Source: the human T2T-CHM13v2.0 reference genome, Homo sapiens. Taken from it: DNA of 64,000 bases. The DNA is taken from assembly GCF_009914755.1 (NCBI RefSeq), contig NC_060937.1; one strand, 5' to 3'. The position numbers were made by a program, and so were the translations under genes. Numbering within the stretch: position 1 is the first letter of the stretch; the number at the start of each line of letters is the position of its first letter. Positions 14,474-28,621 of the stretch are shown piece after piece. The notes below the pieces were generated by a model, which saw only the letters and a list, made by a program, of their open reading frames with translations, was not told the DNA's origin and did no database searches.

Positions 14474-17077
14474 CAGGCTGAACATCCCTATGCTAAAAAT
14501 CAAACATTCAAAATGCTCCAAAATTCAAAACTTTTTAAGTGTTGACATGATGTCACAGCCAAAATACAGGCACACGACACAGTTTATTCAGTCTCCCCCA
14601 AGGAAAAAAGATCCTCCTAGTCTCTTTCAGCTGCAATATATTTTCTGTGTGTGTGCAGATTCCCCCACTCAAGCATGCCCACAAAGGGCAATAAAATGGT
14701 ATCTGTGCAGGCTGGACACATCAATGGCAGTTTCCCCACAATGCCCCATATTGTGCCAAGACCTACATATATTACTCACTATGTTTTATTGTTTTTCTCT
14801 TTCTGTGGTGTAAAGATATTATTGGAAATGTCAACAAGGCCTGCAAATATCCCTATGGCTAACAGTAAAAAGAAGAAGAGGAAGCATTTATGCTTATCTA
14901 TAGCATAGAAAGCCAAGCTTTTGGAGAAACTGGACAATGCTATTACATGTGAAACATCTTACGTAAGAGCATGGTGTCAGAATGACCACCATATATGACC
15001 TGAAGGAACAGAAGGACAATCCACTGAAGTTCTGTGCTGAAAGTGATGTACAGAAGTTAATGAAAATAGAAAAACACTGCATAAGGCTCAAAATGAAGAT
15101 CTTGATTGTGTATAGAAAGAGTGGATCCATCAGTGTTGTGATGAATACATGCCACTTAATGGTATGCTGATCATGAAACAAGCAAAGATCTATGACGGTG
15201 AACTAGAAATTGAAGGAAATTGTGACTATTCAACAGGCTGGTTGCAAAAATTTAAGAAAATATACAGCATTAAATTTTTAGACACTTGTGATGATAAATC
15301 ATCTGCTGGTCATGAAGCAGAGAAGAAATTCATTGATGAGTTTGTCAAGGTCATTCCTGATGGAAATCTGACACAAGAACAAGTTTATAATGCCAACAAA
15401 CATCAGTGTTTTGGTGTTCTTGCCCTAGAAATATATTCACTACAACTAATGACATAACCCCAACAGGAATTAAGGATGTCAAGGACAGAATAACTGTGCT
15501 GGGACGTGCTAATGCAGCAGGCATGCATAAATGTAAACTTGCTGTGATTGGCAAAAGCTTGAGTCTTTGCTGCTTTCAGGAAGTGAATTTCTTGTTATGA
15601 CATAGCTAACAAAAAAGCATGGATCACCAGGGACATCTTTTCTTATTGGTTTCACAGATATTTTATACCAGTGGCTCATGCTCACTGCAGGAGAGCTGGA
15701 CTGGATGAGAGCTGCAACCTTTTGTTATTCCTTGACGACTGTTCTACTCATCCTCCACCTGAACTTTTCATCAAAAATATTTTTATGCCATGTACTTTTC
15801 CCCAGTGTGACTTCATTAATTCAGCCATGTGATCAGGGTATCCTTAGATGAGTGAAGAGTAAATATAAAAACACTTTATAGAACAGCATGCTAGCCGCAG
15901 TGTTCAGAGGCATGGATGTGGAAGGTTTTCAAAAGGAGCTGTCATAAAAGATGCCGTATATGCTGTTGCCAGTGCCTGAAACACAATGACTAAAGACATG
16001 GTTGTGCATGCCTAGCAAAGCCTCTGGCCTGCAACTATGTTTAGTGATGATGAACAAGGTGGTGACTTTGAAGGATGCTGAATGTCAAGTGAGAAAAAAA
16101 ATGATGTCTGACCTCCTTACATATGCAAAATCATACCTTCAGCCTGCCAGTAAGATGGAAGTAGATATCAAAGAAGTTTTTTTTAACATCAATGAGACTC
16201 CACTTGTTCTATCTTGACTTGAAATAGCCAGAATGGTTCTCAATCAAGGTGATTGTGAAAATAGCGATAAGAAGATGACATGGTTAACACTGTAGAAAAA
16301 GTGCCTATAGAAAACATGGTGAAAATGGGTGATGGGCTTATTGAAGGACATGACGAATCCATAACAGAACAAGAAATCATGTCAATTTATAAAATCAGAG
16401 ACTTCTAAGACAAAAACCATTTATTAATGAAGTAGGCAATTCTGGAAGGAACATTTTTAAAAGCCATCCAACAGAATGCTTCCTTATCCCTACAGGACCC
16501 ACTACTTGGTCCCTCAACTGCTTTTGCTATTTCTTCTCACCTGAAAAAAAAATACAGTGGACAACAATCTTTTAATCAAAACATAGCACCACAGGTGGAA
16601 ACTGAAAGCCTGCCATTGTTTGTTGTTGCTGTTGTTTATTCTGGTGATGGCACTGTGCTGCTTAGTTACCCTAAACACATTAATACACCTATATTAATGG
16701 TAGGTTATATTTTTCACTGGCAAATACTTATGTGTGCATAAGAAAATTATGGCTTATTGGTAGCATATAAAGTCAGGAATGATGGTGATGCCAGACAACA
16801 ACAGACCGTCCACATGGGTGGCTGACATAGTGACACATTTGCTTTCTGATGGCTCAATGTAATCAAACTTTGTGTCATGCAAAATATTATTTAAAATGTG
16901 GTATAAAATATACCTTCAGCCTATGTGTATAAGATATATATGAAACATAAATACATTCCATGTTTATACTTGGGTCCTATCCTCAAGATATCTCATTATG
17001 TATAGGCAAATATTCCAAAATCTAGGATCCAAAACACTTCTGGTCTCAAGTATTTTGGATAATGGATACTCAATCTG
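14474..17077 (+). mobile_element. Near full-length Tigger4 (Zombi) TcMar-Tigger DNA transposon
   Basis: TIRs CAGGCTGAACATCCCTA and (reverse complement) CAGATTGAGTATCCATTA; TA flanks at 14472-73 and 17078-79; internal pogo/Jerky-like transposase remnants. Confidence 0.92.
14828..16434 (+). pseudogene. Decayed pogo/Tigger (CENP-B/Jerky-like) transposase, with multiple frameshifts and stops
   Basis: Fragments KKKRKHLCLSIA, TTIYDLK, STGWLQKFKK, EQVYNA, KDRITVLG.ANAAG.HK.KLAVIGKS, LDDCSTHPP and IQPCDQGILR, spread over different frames. Confidence 0.88.
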
Positions 17078-17321
17078 TACAAACCACTCACCTGTCACCT
17101 ATAAGACTTAAAAGCCAAAGGGACATGAGCTACCATAACCCACTGAAGCCTATACACAACCCACAGGGCATCATAGCCTGAGTGAACTAGGGACTTAAGG
17201 CTGCCCTGGAAGTGGCAGCTGCACTACAAATCCCCATAGCTGCCCACAGTTCCAGGTGAAGTTTCCTCCAGTAGCCCCAAGAACCCAAGCTGAAGTTTCC
17301 ACACAGGATCCAGTAGGGTTC

Positions 17322-18098
17322 TGTATTAGTCATGGCTCTCCAGAAAGACAAAACCAATTGGATGTATGACATAGCTAGAGATTTCTTTTAAGGAACTGGC
17401 TGATGTGATTGTGAGGGCTGGCAAGTCCAAATTTTGTAGAGCAAGCTGGCAGGCTGGAAATTTTAGCAGGAGTCAATGTTGCAGCCTTGAGTCTGAAGAT
17501 AGTCAAGAGGCAGAATTCCCTTCTCTTGGAGAGACCTTAGTCTTTTCTCTGAAGGCTTTCGATGGGTTGGATGAGACCCGTCCATATCGTGGAGGTAATC
17601 TGCTTTACTCAAAGTCTACTGATTTAAATGATAATCACATCTACAAAACACCTTTATAGAATGAATTAATGGCATATGCAGCAACCTGGATGGGATTGGA
17701 GACTATTATTCTAAGTGAAGTAACTCAGGAATGGAAAACCAAATATCATATGTTCTCACCCATAAGTGGGAGCTAAGCTATGAGGATGCAAAGGCATAAG
17801 AGTGACACAGTGGACTTTGGGGACTCAGGGGAAAGGGTGGGAAGGGGGTGAGGAATAAAAGACTACAAATCAGGTTCAGTGTACACTGCTTGGGCAATGG
17901 GTGCACTCAAATCTCACAAATCACCACTAAAGAACTTATTCATGTAACCAAATGCCACCTGTTTCCCCAAAAAAACTACGGAAACTTTAAAAAATAAATA
18001 AATAAAACTATCTTTATGGAAACATCTAGATTCATGTCTAATCAAGCAAACTAGGCACCATAGCCTAGCCAAGCTGACTCATAAAATTCCCCATTGTA
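17322..18098 (-). mobile_element. MLT2 (ERVL) LTR split by an L1PB insertion
   Basis: TGTATTAGTC...ctttactcaaagtctactgatttaaatg...; resumes ctagccaagctgactcataaaatt; TSD GGTTC/GGTCC. Confidence 0.85.
17661..18006 (+). mobile_element. 5'-truncated L1PB1-like 3' end
   Basis: ORF2 tail and 3' UTR (gctaagctatgaggatgcaaaggcataag...aaatcaccactaaagaactt) with an A-rich tail; degenerate TSD aaaacacctttatagaa/aaaactatctttatggaa. Confidence 0.88.
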
Positions 18099-18547
18099 GG
18101 TCCTAAGAAGCCTAAATTACCCCCACGATGCTCCAAATACTATCCCCTGTTCTCCAGGTAACCCGGCCTGGGAGCTGATTCATCCTCCATAAGTACAAAA
18201 ATCACCTCCCATGGCTCCAGCCCAAACATCAGCGGAAAATCACAAAGCCCCAGATCTTCTGAGTAACCCCAGATCCCAAGGGCAGGTCTCTCCTCTCTAG
18301 AGCACAACACTCCATCTACACATGAATAGTGGGGTGCCCATCTACACCCTTGCATAGATCATAACAGAAGCCACTCACCTCACCACTGCCCCTAGAGAGA
18401 ACGTTGAACTAAACTAACCATATGGTCATAAAATTCACATTCACTTCATCACACACATTTAGGCTGTGTGCCTTGAACATTCAAACAAGACACACTCACA
18501 CATTCATAGATCACCCAGAGATCTCTAGATTGGTATCATTTTACTTA

Positions 18548-18886
<339 letters not shown>

Positions 18887-19851
18887 TCAACATTTATACT
18901 TACTAGGAAATGTGTTTATTTAATCTCTAGGCTCACTCTTAGCTTCAGAAATAAAGCCTTCCTTTACTGTTTTTTGATAACAGAAATTATAGCTGTAAGA
19001 AAATACAGATATCAGAAGATACATTCCAGGCTCAGAAGCAATGTGAAATGGGTCCCTAAAACCACAAGTTAAGTCAGGAGGCAGAAAATACCAAAAATAC
19101 AGCAAGAGGAGAAGCACAGAAAGCACTCACTTCCCTAAAATTTGCATCACTTATACACAGAGACTTCCTGAAGAGCTCTGGAGGCTAAGGGAGATGAATG
19201 TCATTCAGCCGGTTTAAAAACAACATACAAACAACAGCATCACCACAAGGGATTAAATTTTCCAAATACTTATTCATTTTCTAGCAAGACAATTGCATGC
19301 AACTATAACATCATAAAATGAGTTATTGCAGATCCCAGTAGCACTATAGAAATTAAATTAGTTCCTCTATTCTTAGTACAATTGATTATTCAAATTGTGA
19401 CCGAGAGCTGCAGACAGTGCCCAAGGAATTTTGCATTAAACAGGGAAGTGGCCACCATTTCTGCTTCATGCTGGTCTGTTCCCTCCCCTAAGAGGGAAGC
19501 TGATCAGCAAGAACAAGCTGAATTTATATGCCTTGTTATCATCATTGGTAATTAGCATTTACTGAGCATCAAGGGTACACTAAGTTCCAAGCAGAACTTA
19601 ATGCTGCCCAGTGGGTTGTTGGTCTAATTTCAGCCCCAGCACCTCAACAAAGACCAACCACCAAAAACCCAAAGCAAGAGGGTTCAGACTTGCCTTATCA
19701 GACCGAGAGTTGCTTGATTACACAACAGGAAAAAGAAGTGGCCAGAAAAGAACTTGAAAGAGGAAAGCAGATCTTTTGAAATGTGTCATTTCTTTCCTTC
19801 ACCCATTGACCTCTTTTGTAGGACTTTTGCAAAGGAGGGGGTCATTATTTA

Positions 19852-20340
<489 letters not shown>

Positions 20341-20449
20341 TCACATTTCAAATGTAATCATTGCCACATATTAAATTTGAAATGTGAAGAAAATTTCCTT
20401 GTAACAAATGGAAAACCTAATTCCTGCATTACAGCTGGTCATTTTGGTC

Positions 20450-20650
20450 TGAGTCAAATTCCTGTTGTACTAGTCAGGTGACCTTAAACTTAAACACTTG
20501 TGTGTCTCAGTCTTCTCATCTCTAAAATAGGGATAGCAATGAAATCAACCTCAAAAGGTTGTTGTGAGGATTAAGTGAAATAACCCATATAAAACTGCTT
20601 GACATAGCTTAGCACATAATAGGTGTTCAATAAATGTTAATCGTAATTAT
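20450..20650 (+). mobile_element. MIR
   Basis: ctcagtcttctcatctctaaaatagggata...gttgtgaggattaagtga...ttcaataaatgtt. Confidence 0.8.
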
Positions 20651-20759
20651 AATGTGAGCTCTTTGCAAACTGTCAGGTATGACACAAATGCAGGTTATTA
20701 CATTGCCCTTGTACAACATGAATCATTAAAAAATCAGATCATAACTACTTCCAAATACC

Positions 20760-21055
20760 TTTTTTTTTTTTTTGGATAGAGAGTCTCGCTCTGTCGCCCG
20801 GGCTGGAATGCAGTGGTGCGATCTCAGCTCACTGCAACATCTGCCTCCTGGTTCAAGCGATTCTCCAGTCTCAGCCTCCCCAGTAGCTGGGATTACAGGT
20901 GTGTACCACCATGCCCAGCTAATTTTTCGTATTTTAGTAGAGACACAGTTTCACCATGTTGCCCAGGCTGGTCTCGAACTCCTGAGCTCAGGCAATCCAC
21001 CCGTCTCGGCCTCCCAAAATGCTAGGATTACAGGCGTGAGCCACTGCACCCGGCC
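20760..21055 (-). mobile_element. AluS (Sz-like)
   Basis: Complete antisense Alu; short flanking repeat CAAATA. Confidence 0.95.
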
Positions 21056-21197
21056 CAAATAACATTTTTTATGTAAGTAGACCCACATGACAAAACAAGG
21101 CACGTCATGGTGAGTTTCCTCTTGACTAGAGGAAGCTGAAGTGAAGAGAAGATGCTCTTCAGAGCTGGGAGGAAGATGATGGAAGAGGTGCAGGTCT

Positions 21198-21817
21198 CAA
21201 AGACATGGAATCAACCCAGATGCCCATCAATGGAGGATGCTTTTGTCTTAATAAGGGACTCTACAACTTAAATGATGAAGAACTTACCTTCTATCCTCTT
21301 TTCCTCCTCTACTCACACACTGAAATGGAACTATGGTTAAGACTACGTGGATTCAAATGCTGCCTGACTTTGAGAAGTTTACCTCACCTCACTGTGCCTA
21401 ATTTCCTCATCTGTAAAATGCAGACAATGGAAATGGTATATAGACACCATGAAATATATGCAGCCATAAAAAAGAATGAAATTGTGTCCTCTGCAGCAAC
21501 ATGGATGCAGCCAGAGGCAATAATCCTAAGTGAATTAACACAGAAACAGAAAACCAAATATCACATGTTCTCACTTATAAGTGGGAGCTAAACATTGAGC
21601 ACACATGGACATAAACATGGGAACAATAGACACTGCAGACTGTTAGAGGGGAGAGGGAGGGAGGGAGATGCAAGTTGAAAAACTACATATCAGATATTAT
21701 GCTCACTAGCCAGGTGACAAGACCCTTACTCAAACCTCAGAATAAAGCAATATTCTCACGTAACAAACCAGCACACTTATCCCTGTATCTAAAATGAAAG
21801 CTGAAATTTAAAAAATA
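21198..21817 (+). mobile_element. L1PA15/16-like 3' end interrupted at ~21238-21434 by a copy of downstream flank
   Basis: L1 ORF2 sequence caaagacatggaatcaacccagatgcccatcaatgg, then non-L1 DNA, then L1 resumes (atggtatatagacaccat...gtgggagctaaacattgag...) through to an A-rich end. Confidence 0.85.
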
Positions 21818-22079
21818 AGTTTTAAAACAGGTACACATTTCAAACTCTCTACATTTAAACTAAACTGAAGAATCTTATTCCCTGGAATGTCATTTCTGTT
21901 TCTGGTACAGTCACAATTGTCATCTTGCAATGTATATTAACCCTTAAAATGTTTTCTGAGAGTCAATTTATAGGATTGTTCTGCATTAGATATTTGGAAA
22001 CTTCCTATGAAATTTCAAAAACAATGTAATCCCCAACCTCCACCTTTCTATCTCCTTTCTCCCTATTCACACACTCAAA

Positions 22080-22235
22080 TAGACTACATGGATTCAAATG
22101 CTGCGTGACTTTGAGAAGGTTACGTCACCTTTCTGTGCCTAATCTGTGCATTATCTGTAAAATGCAGATAATGGAAATCTTTATATCAAAAGTTTGTTGT
22201 GTGAATTAAATGTGATATATGGAAAATGAATAAGA
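22080..22235 (+). mobile_element. MIR fragment (source of the duplicated segment)
   Basis: gtgactttgagaaggttacgtcacc...ctgtaaaatgcagataat...gttgtgtgaattaaatgtg. Confidence 0.65.
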
Positions 22236-22242
22236 GATCAGA

Positions 22243-22290
22243 ATCACCATTATCACCATCTTCATCATCATCATCTTCATTATCATTGTT
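22243..22290. repeat. Imperfect (CAT)n microsatellite
   Basis: atcaccattatcaccatcttcatcatcatcatcttcattatcatt. Confidence 0.85.
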
Positions 22291-22910
22291 ACTACACATA
22301 TTCCTCACTCCTCTAAGATTGACAGTTCATCATCTCTGTGAAACTTCCAAATCACCTTTCAAGGAAACCAGTAACACTAAGTAACAGAATAAAAGCACAG
22401 ATGTCGATGGATCACAAATGCCCTACACAAGAGGCCTGAATTAGAAGAGTTCGCAGCATGAAAAGAAAGGCCTTACATGAGTGTTGAGTGGGGAATGAAA
22501 TATAATATCCTTATGCTCACTAACGATTAATATATAGCACAAGGGAATATTTTTTAGAAATGACGCATCTGAGCTTCAGACCCAACCACCTGGTTTTACA
22601 GATGAGGAAATCAGGACCCAGAGATAAACAACTTGCCTAATGACTTTATACTGGAGACAAGAACCCAAGTCTCCAAGTCCAGTGCTCTTCAGCCATCCCT
22701 GGCTTCCTGACAAGTTGTAAAACTCTGATGCAGATTTAGAGACCAAGGAAAGGTAGGGTCAATGCTGGGCCTTGTGCATTGGGGGCTATCCCAGTTGCAT
22801 CCACCAAGAAGCTGATATTCTTCCCTTCCCTTCTCCTCCTTATTTCCTTCTGGTCAATTCTTCTTTCTCTCCTAGGTCACAGCCAGCCTTGTAAGAAGAT
22901 GCTGCACTAA

Positions 22911-23333
<423 letters not shown>

Positions 23334-23559
23334 TGATCACCGGCCCTGTAGCCTCTCCCTCAGAGCCTTATTTCCTTGCTTCTCTTCCCTTCTACCCTCT
23401 CACCTTTGCCCTCACCCTCCCATGAAATGGCTTTTTTCTTACTCACAACCCACATCACCAGGTTATCCCTCACTCCTTCTGTCAATCTCAATTCCAATAT
23501 CCCTAGTTGAGTCTCTTTCTGAATAATGCCCACCGACTGCCCAGCCATATTCAGGCACC

Positions 23560-23752
23560 TCCCTTCCCTTGCATCCTGCCACTTACCACACTTTACATTT
23601 CTACTTCCATAGTACCTAGGGCTTTTGAGGACAATGGCCATCTGCTCCCCAGTCCCTGGTATATAGCATAGTTCCTGGCTCAATACTAGATTATCAACAA
23701 ATATTTGTTTGGATAATGTTAGCTTATCAACAAATATTTGTTTGGATGAACA
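23560..23752 (+). mobile_element. L2 3' end with a 33-bp tandem duplication
   Basis: agcatagttcctggc...; ttatcaacaaatatttgtttggat occurs at 23691 and 23724. Confidence 0.6.
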
Positions 23753-24169
23753 TAACACAAGTAAAAATATCCAAAGTATTCCATTTAGCTGAAACTGCCA
23801 TTGTTTGCATGTCAGTGACCTAAAACCCTTTCATGGGTTCCATAAATGATGAAATAAACAACTATTCTACTTTTTGTTCTCCTGGTTGTTTCCATACCTC
23901 CTCACATTAGACATTCCTTCCCCTTTCATATTTTCCTTTCTTCCAAAATCCAAAATTTCAAAATTAACCTCTCAAGGGGTTAAAAGAGAATTGAGGTCAC
24001 AGGGTTGCATGAATTGCCAAGTCATTGACCAAATAGGAAGTACAATTATTGCAATGATAAATATACCAAACTAAGAGTAGAGACATCTCATTGCATAAAA
24101 CACATGTGCTACAGCTGAAAGAAGGTGCACTTGTTCCCCTGGTGCATTCCTTCTTCTATGCTTTCACAG

Positions 24170-26772
24170 TTTCTTTTTCCACTTCAAACCTCCAGCCTCA
24201 CCCACCTATTCTCATCTGTAGCAGCAATGACCTTGCTTACCATTTCACTGGAAAGATAGAAACCACCCAAATAGAACTCCCACAAGATAGCCCCTCCGCA
24301 CACATGGCCTCACCCATCTGCACCTTTAAACTCTGCTTCTCTCCTGGAAAAAGCTATTGCTTCCACATTACCTGTGCACTAGATCCCAACCCTTCTTGCC
24401 TCCTCAAGGACATTTCTTCAGTTATTCTCTCCTCTTTCCCATACCATAAAAGTTGCCTTCTATACTGAATCATTTCCACCAGAACAAAAGACGTTCTTTC
24501 CTTCTCGTCATAAAAAAAGGGGAAAAAAAAAACCAGAAAACTTCTCCTGGTTTCTCTACATTTTCACCTTCCCTTTCTAGCAAGATTCCCCAGCAGCTAC
24601 TATAAGCAGTGTTTTCAATTTAACTCTTCCTATTGTCTTTTGAATCCACTCCAGTTATACTTTGACCTTCTGTCCTTCAATACCCCATGGAGTTCTCTCA
24701 TACCCTCCAAACTGCTAAAGCTATGGTCAAATCTCTGTCTTCATCTTGTTGACATTTCAGCAGTATTTGAGACAGATCATGACTATCTTCTTACAACCTC
24801 CCTCACCTACATTTTCTCTTATTTGTCTGGGCACTGTGTCCTGGTCTTTTCTGGTTCCTCTTTATCTCTGACATCTTTAAATGTTGGCGCATTCTAAACT
24901 CAGCCCCAAATTCACTTCTCTCTATATATTCACTCTCTTGGTAATCTCATCTAGGTTTATAGCTAAAAATGCCATTTTCATGCTGATGACTTCCAGAGAT
25001 GTCAACTGGGTATCTTAAATATATCGTATCTAAAACTGAGTTCTCAATATATACCCCCAACCTAGCACTTTTGATGATTAATTGCAATTCAAATCTTTCA
25101 GTTGCTCAGGCCAAAACTCTTGGAGTCATCTTTAGCTCCATTTTCTCCTATACCCCACATCAGCTCAGTCAGCAAATTCTGTTGGCTCCATTTATTTTTT
25201 GCCTTCATCAGCGTCTTCTATTATTATTAAAGGGCACTAAGCCTCACGCAACTACAGGAGTTTAAAAGGAGCCACAAATACTATCAAGAATCCCAAAGAA
25301 CACAAAGACTCCAAGAATGAGCCACAACTCTGCTGACCCAAGGCCCTCCCTCCTTCCCTGCTTCCCCTGACACCTCTGCCCTACCGCCATGTCAGCTAAT
25401 CATATTTTTCACAGGAAGCTGCAAAGATAGCACAGAGAGGTCCTGCATACATTTCACCCAGATTCCTTCCATGGTTACATCTCACATTTATAGCCCAATA
25501 TCAAACCCAGGAAATTGACACTGTATGTGTGTAGAGTTCTGTGTCACTTAATCCTATGTGTGAATTCATGTAATCACAACTGCAATCAAGACACAGAAAC
25601 TAACCCATCGCCACAAAGGACTTCCTCATGCTACCTTTTTATGATCACACCTACCTCCCTCTGTATCCAAAACCCCTGCCAACCTGTTTTCCATCTCTAT
25701 AATTTTGTCATTACAGTAGTGTCATATAAATGGAAATGTACAGTATGTGACCTTTTGAGGTTGGCTTTTTTTTTCACTCTGCATAATACCCTTGAGATCT
25801 ACAGGTGTTATTTGAAGGACATTTTTGTTATTTCCAGTTTTTGTCAACTATAAATAAAACTGCTGTGAATAAATTTGTACACATTTTTTATGTGGACCTG
25901 TTTTCATTTCTTCAAGATAGGTTCCCAGGAGTTCAATTGCTGAGTTGTATGGTCAATGTGTGGCTATTTCAGTTTAGTTTTCATTTGTTTGTTGGCTTGT
26001 TTTTAGAAGGTGCCAAACTACTTTCCAGAGTGGCTGTACCATTTTACATTCCAGGATGTTTGCAAGCCCCCTGGTCCAAGTCACTGTCCTCCCTCCCCAA
26101 GACCACTGTGATAGCCCCTTAACTGGGGACTCTTCTTTGATCTTTGTTCACCCCCTACCACTTCTGTTTTCAATCTAGCCCCAGACTGATTCTGGCAAAA
26201 TGAAAATCAGGTTGTGCTATTCCTCTGCCTGAGACCGTGTAATAGCTTCCTATCCTACCAGGAGTAAAGCCAAATTTCTAATGGCCTGCAAGGACCTCTA
26301 TCTTTTGACTCTTCCCTGTTCTTTGACTCTGTTTCCAATTATTCTCCCCAAAACTCACTCCTCTCCAGCTACTGTGGTGGCCTCCTCGCTCTGCCCTACA
26401 TATGCTAGGCATTCTCTTGCCTCTGAGTCTTTGTAATTGCTGTTCCCTCTGCCTGGGTTGCTCTTCCCACATAGTTCATTTCCACACTCCTTCAGGTCTT
26501 AATCGAACATCATTTGCCTCTCAGTGAGGATTTCCTAGTCACCCTCTCACCCTACCAACCTTTTTGTTTTTTTCCATAGTACATTGTCACCAACATGTCA
26601 CATACTTTACTTACCTTGGTTATTATCGTCTCACACGTTTTATCAGAATGCAGGTATCTTGAAACCAAGGAATTGTGTCTGTTTTGTTCACTGCTGAATC
26701 CCCAATGATTGGAACAATTCCTGGCATATAATAGATGCTCATTAAAGAAGTTTTAGGAGAATGAATGGATCA
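24170..26772 (+). mobile_element. L2 LINE (about 2 kb, split by L1MC2)
   Basis: L2 ORF2-region motifs (cagcagtatttgagacagatcat, gttgctcaggccaaaactcttggagtcatc) and 3' terminus cctggcatataatagatgctc...gaatgaatg. Confidence 0.75.
25405..26052 (-). mobile_element. L1MC2-like 3' fragment
   Basis: cacaggaagctgcaaagatagcacagagaggtcc...ttccagagtggctgtaccattttacattcc. Confidence 0.8.
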
Positions 26773-26921
26773 ATCAATAAACAACTACTAACTGGAAAAA
26801 TATAACTGCCAGCATTTCATATTTGTTCACAATGTCCATGTGTATAATGGCATTCACAACATTGAAACAGAGGCCAAAGTACTAAAAGCATTTAAAAGGT
26901 CCCTGGAAAATAATAAAGATA

Positions 26922-28187
26922 TATTGCAGTTTTTGCATTGTTGGGAATTTGTCATTTCATATTGGAATACATTCTTAAATAAATGTGGTTATGTTATACA
27001 TCATTTTAATGGGCATTTCTCACTTTAATTTTTTTTGCTAATGACATTACTTGCTTTTTATTTTATGTTTATTTTAGACTATGGAAATGATGTTAGACAA
27101 AAAGCAAATTTGAGCAATTTTCTTATTCGTGTTCAAAATGGGTTGTAAAGTCGCAAACACAACTCACAATATCAACCATGCATTGGGCCCAGGAACTGCT
27201 AATGAATGTACAGTGCATTGGTGGTTCAAGAAGTTTTGCAAATGAGATGAGAGCCTTGAAGATGAGGAGTGTAGTGGCCAGCCATCGAAGTTCACAACCA
27301 ATTGAGGACAACAATCAAAGCTGATCCTCTTACAACTACACAACTGCCAAAGAACTAAACGTCGACCATTCTATGGTTGTTTGGCATTTGAAGCAAATTG
27401 GAAAGGTGAAAAAGCTCAGCTCAATAAGTCGGTGCCTCATGAGCTGACCAAAAATAAAAAAAAAAAAAATCATTGTTTTGAAGTATCATCTTATCTTACA
27501 CTATGCAACAACAATGAACCATTTCTTGATCGGATTGTGACATGTGACAAAAGTGGATTTTATATGGCAATCGGTGACAACCAGCTGAGTGGTTGGACCC
27601 AGAAGAAGTTCCAAAGCACTTCCCAAAGCCAAACTTCCACCAAAAAAAGCTTATGATCACTGTTTGGTGGTCTGCTGCCAGTCTGATCCACTACAGCTTT
27701 CTGAATCCCGGTGAAACGATTTACACCCGAGAAGTATGCTCAGCAAATTGACTAGATGTGTCAAAAACTGCAATGCCTGCAGCCAGCATTGGTCAATAGA
27801 AAGGGCCCAATTATTCTCCACGACAAAACCTGACTGCATGTCACACAACCAACACTTTAAAGTTGAACAAATTGGGCTACGAAGTTTTGCCTCATCCGCC
27901 ATATTCACCTGACCTCTCGCCAACATATTACCACTTCAAGCATGTCAACAACTTTTTGTAGGGAAAATGCTTCCACAACCAGCAGATTGCAGAAAATCCT
28001 TTCCATGGGTTGTCGAATCCCAAAGCATGGATTTTTGTTCTACAGGAGTAAACAAACTTATTTCTTGTTGGCAAAAAATGTGTTGATTGTAATAGTTCCT
28101 ACTTTGATTAATAAAGATATGTTTGAGCCTAGTTATAATGATTTAAAATTCATGATCCGAAACCACAATTACTTCTGCACCGACCTA
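26922..28187 (+). mobile_element. HSMAR1 mariner transposon, near full length (outer part of left TIR lost)
   Basis: The 5' region matches HSMAR1 from ATTGCAGTTTTTGCATTGTTGG. Right TIR AACCACAATTACTTCTGCACCGACCTA followed by TA. Confidence 0.95.
27081..28111 (+). pseudogene. Inactivated Hsmar1 mariner transposase (homologous to the SETMAR transposase domain, but not SETMAR itself)
   Basis: MEMMLDKKQI* start with an early TGA; GPGTANECTVHWWFKKFCK, (W>S)VPHEL, EPFLDRIVTCD, LLHD-like motif, YSPDL and ...SYFD-stop; frameshifts present. Confidence 0.93.
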
Positions 28188-28444
28188 TATTTGAAAGTGC
28201 ACTGGGCCACCCAGCAAGAGTTCTTACATTTCGTCTTGCTCCAGAACAAAATGTTGGAGCAGCTCCAATTCTGCAGTTTCATGTCAGAGCACAGAGCTCA
28301 GGAAGCTAAACAGGAAGCCATGAGCTCATTCCCTGATAATCTGGAGAACAAGTCCAGGTACAATTTACATTCCTGCTTTGATTGTCAATCCAAACCAAAA
28401 GATGGAATTCTTGACTCCTACAATAACTGTATCTTAAAGCCTAA

Positions 28445-28621
<177 letters not shown>

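Noticed and set aside
14828-16434. JRK/JRKL/TIGD domesticated gene
   Set aside because: Many stops and frameshifts inside intact TIRs; this is a decayed Tigger4.
27081-28111. SETMAR gene
   Set aside because: The ORF has an early stop and frameshifts, keeps the transposon termini, and has no SET-domain exons nearby.
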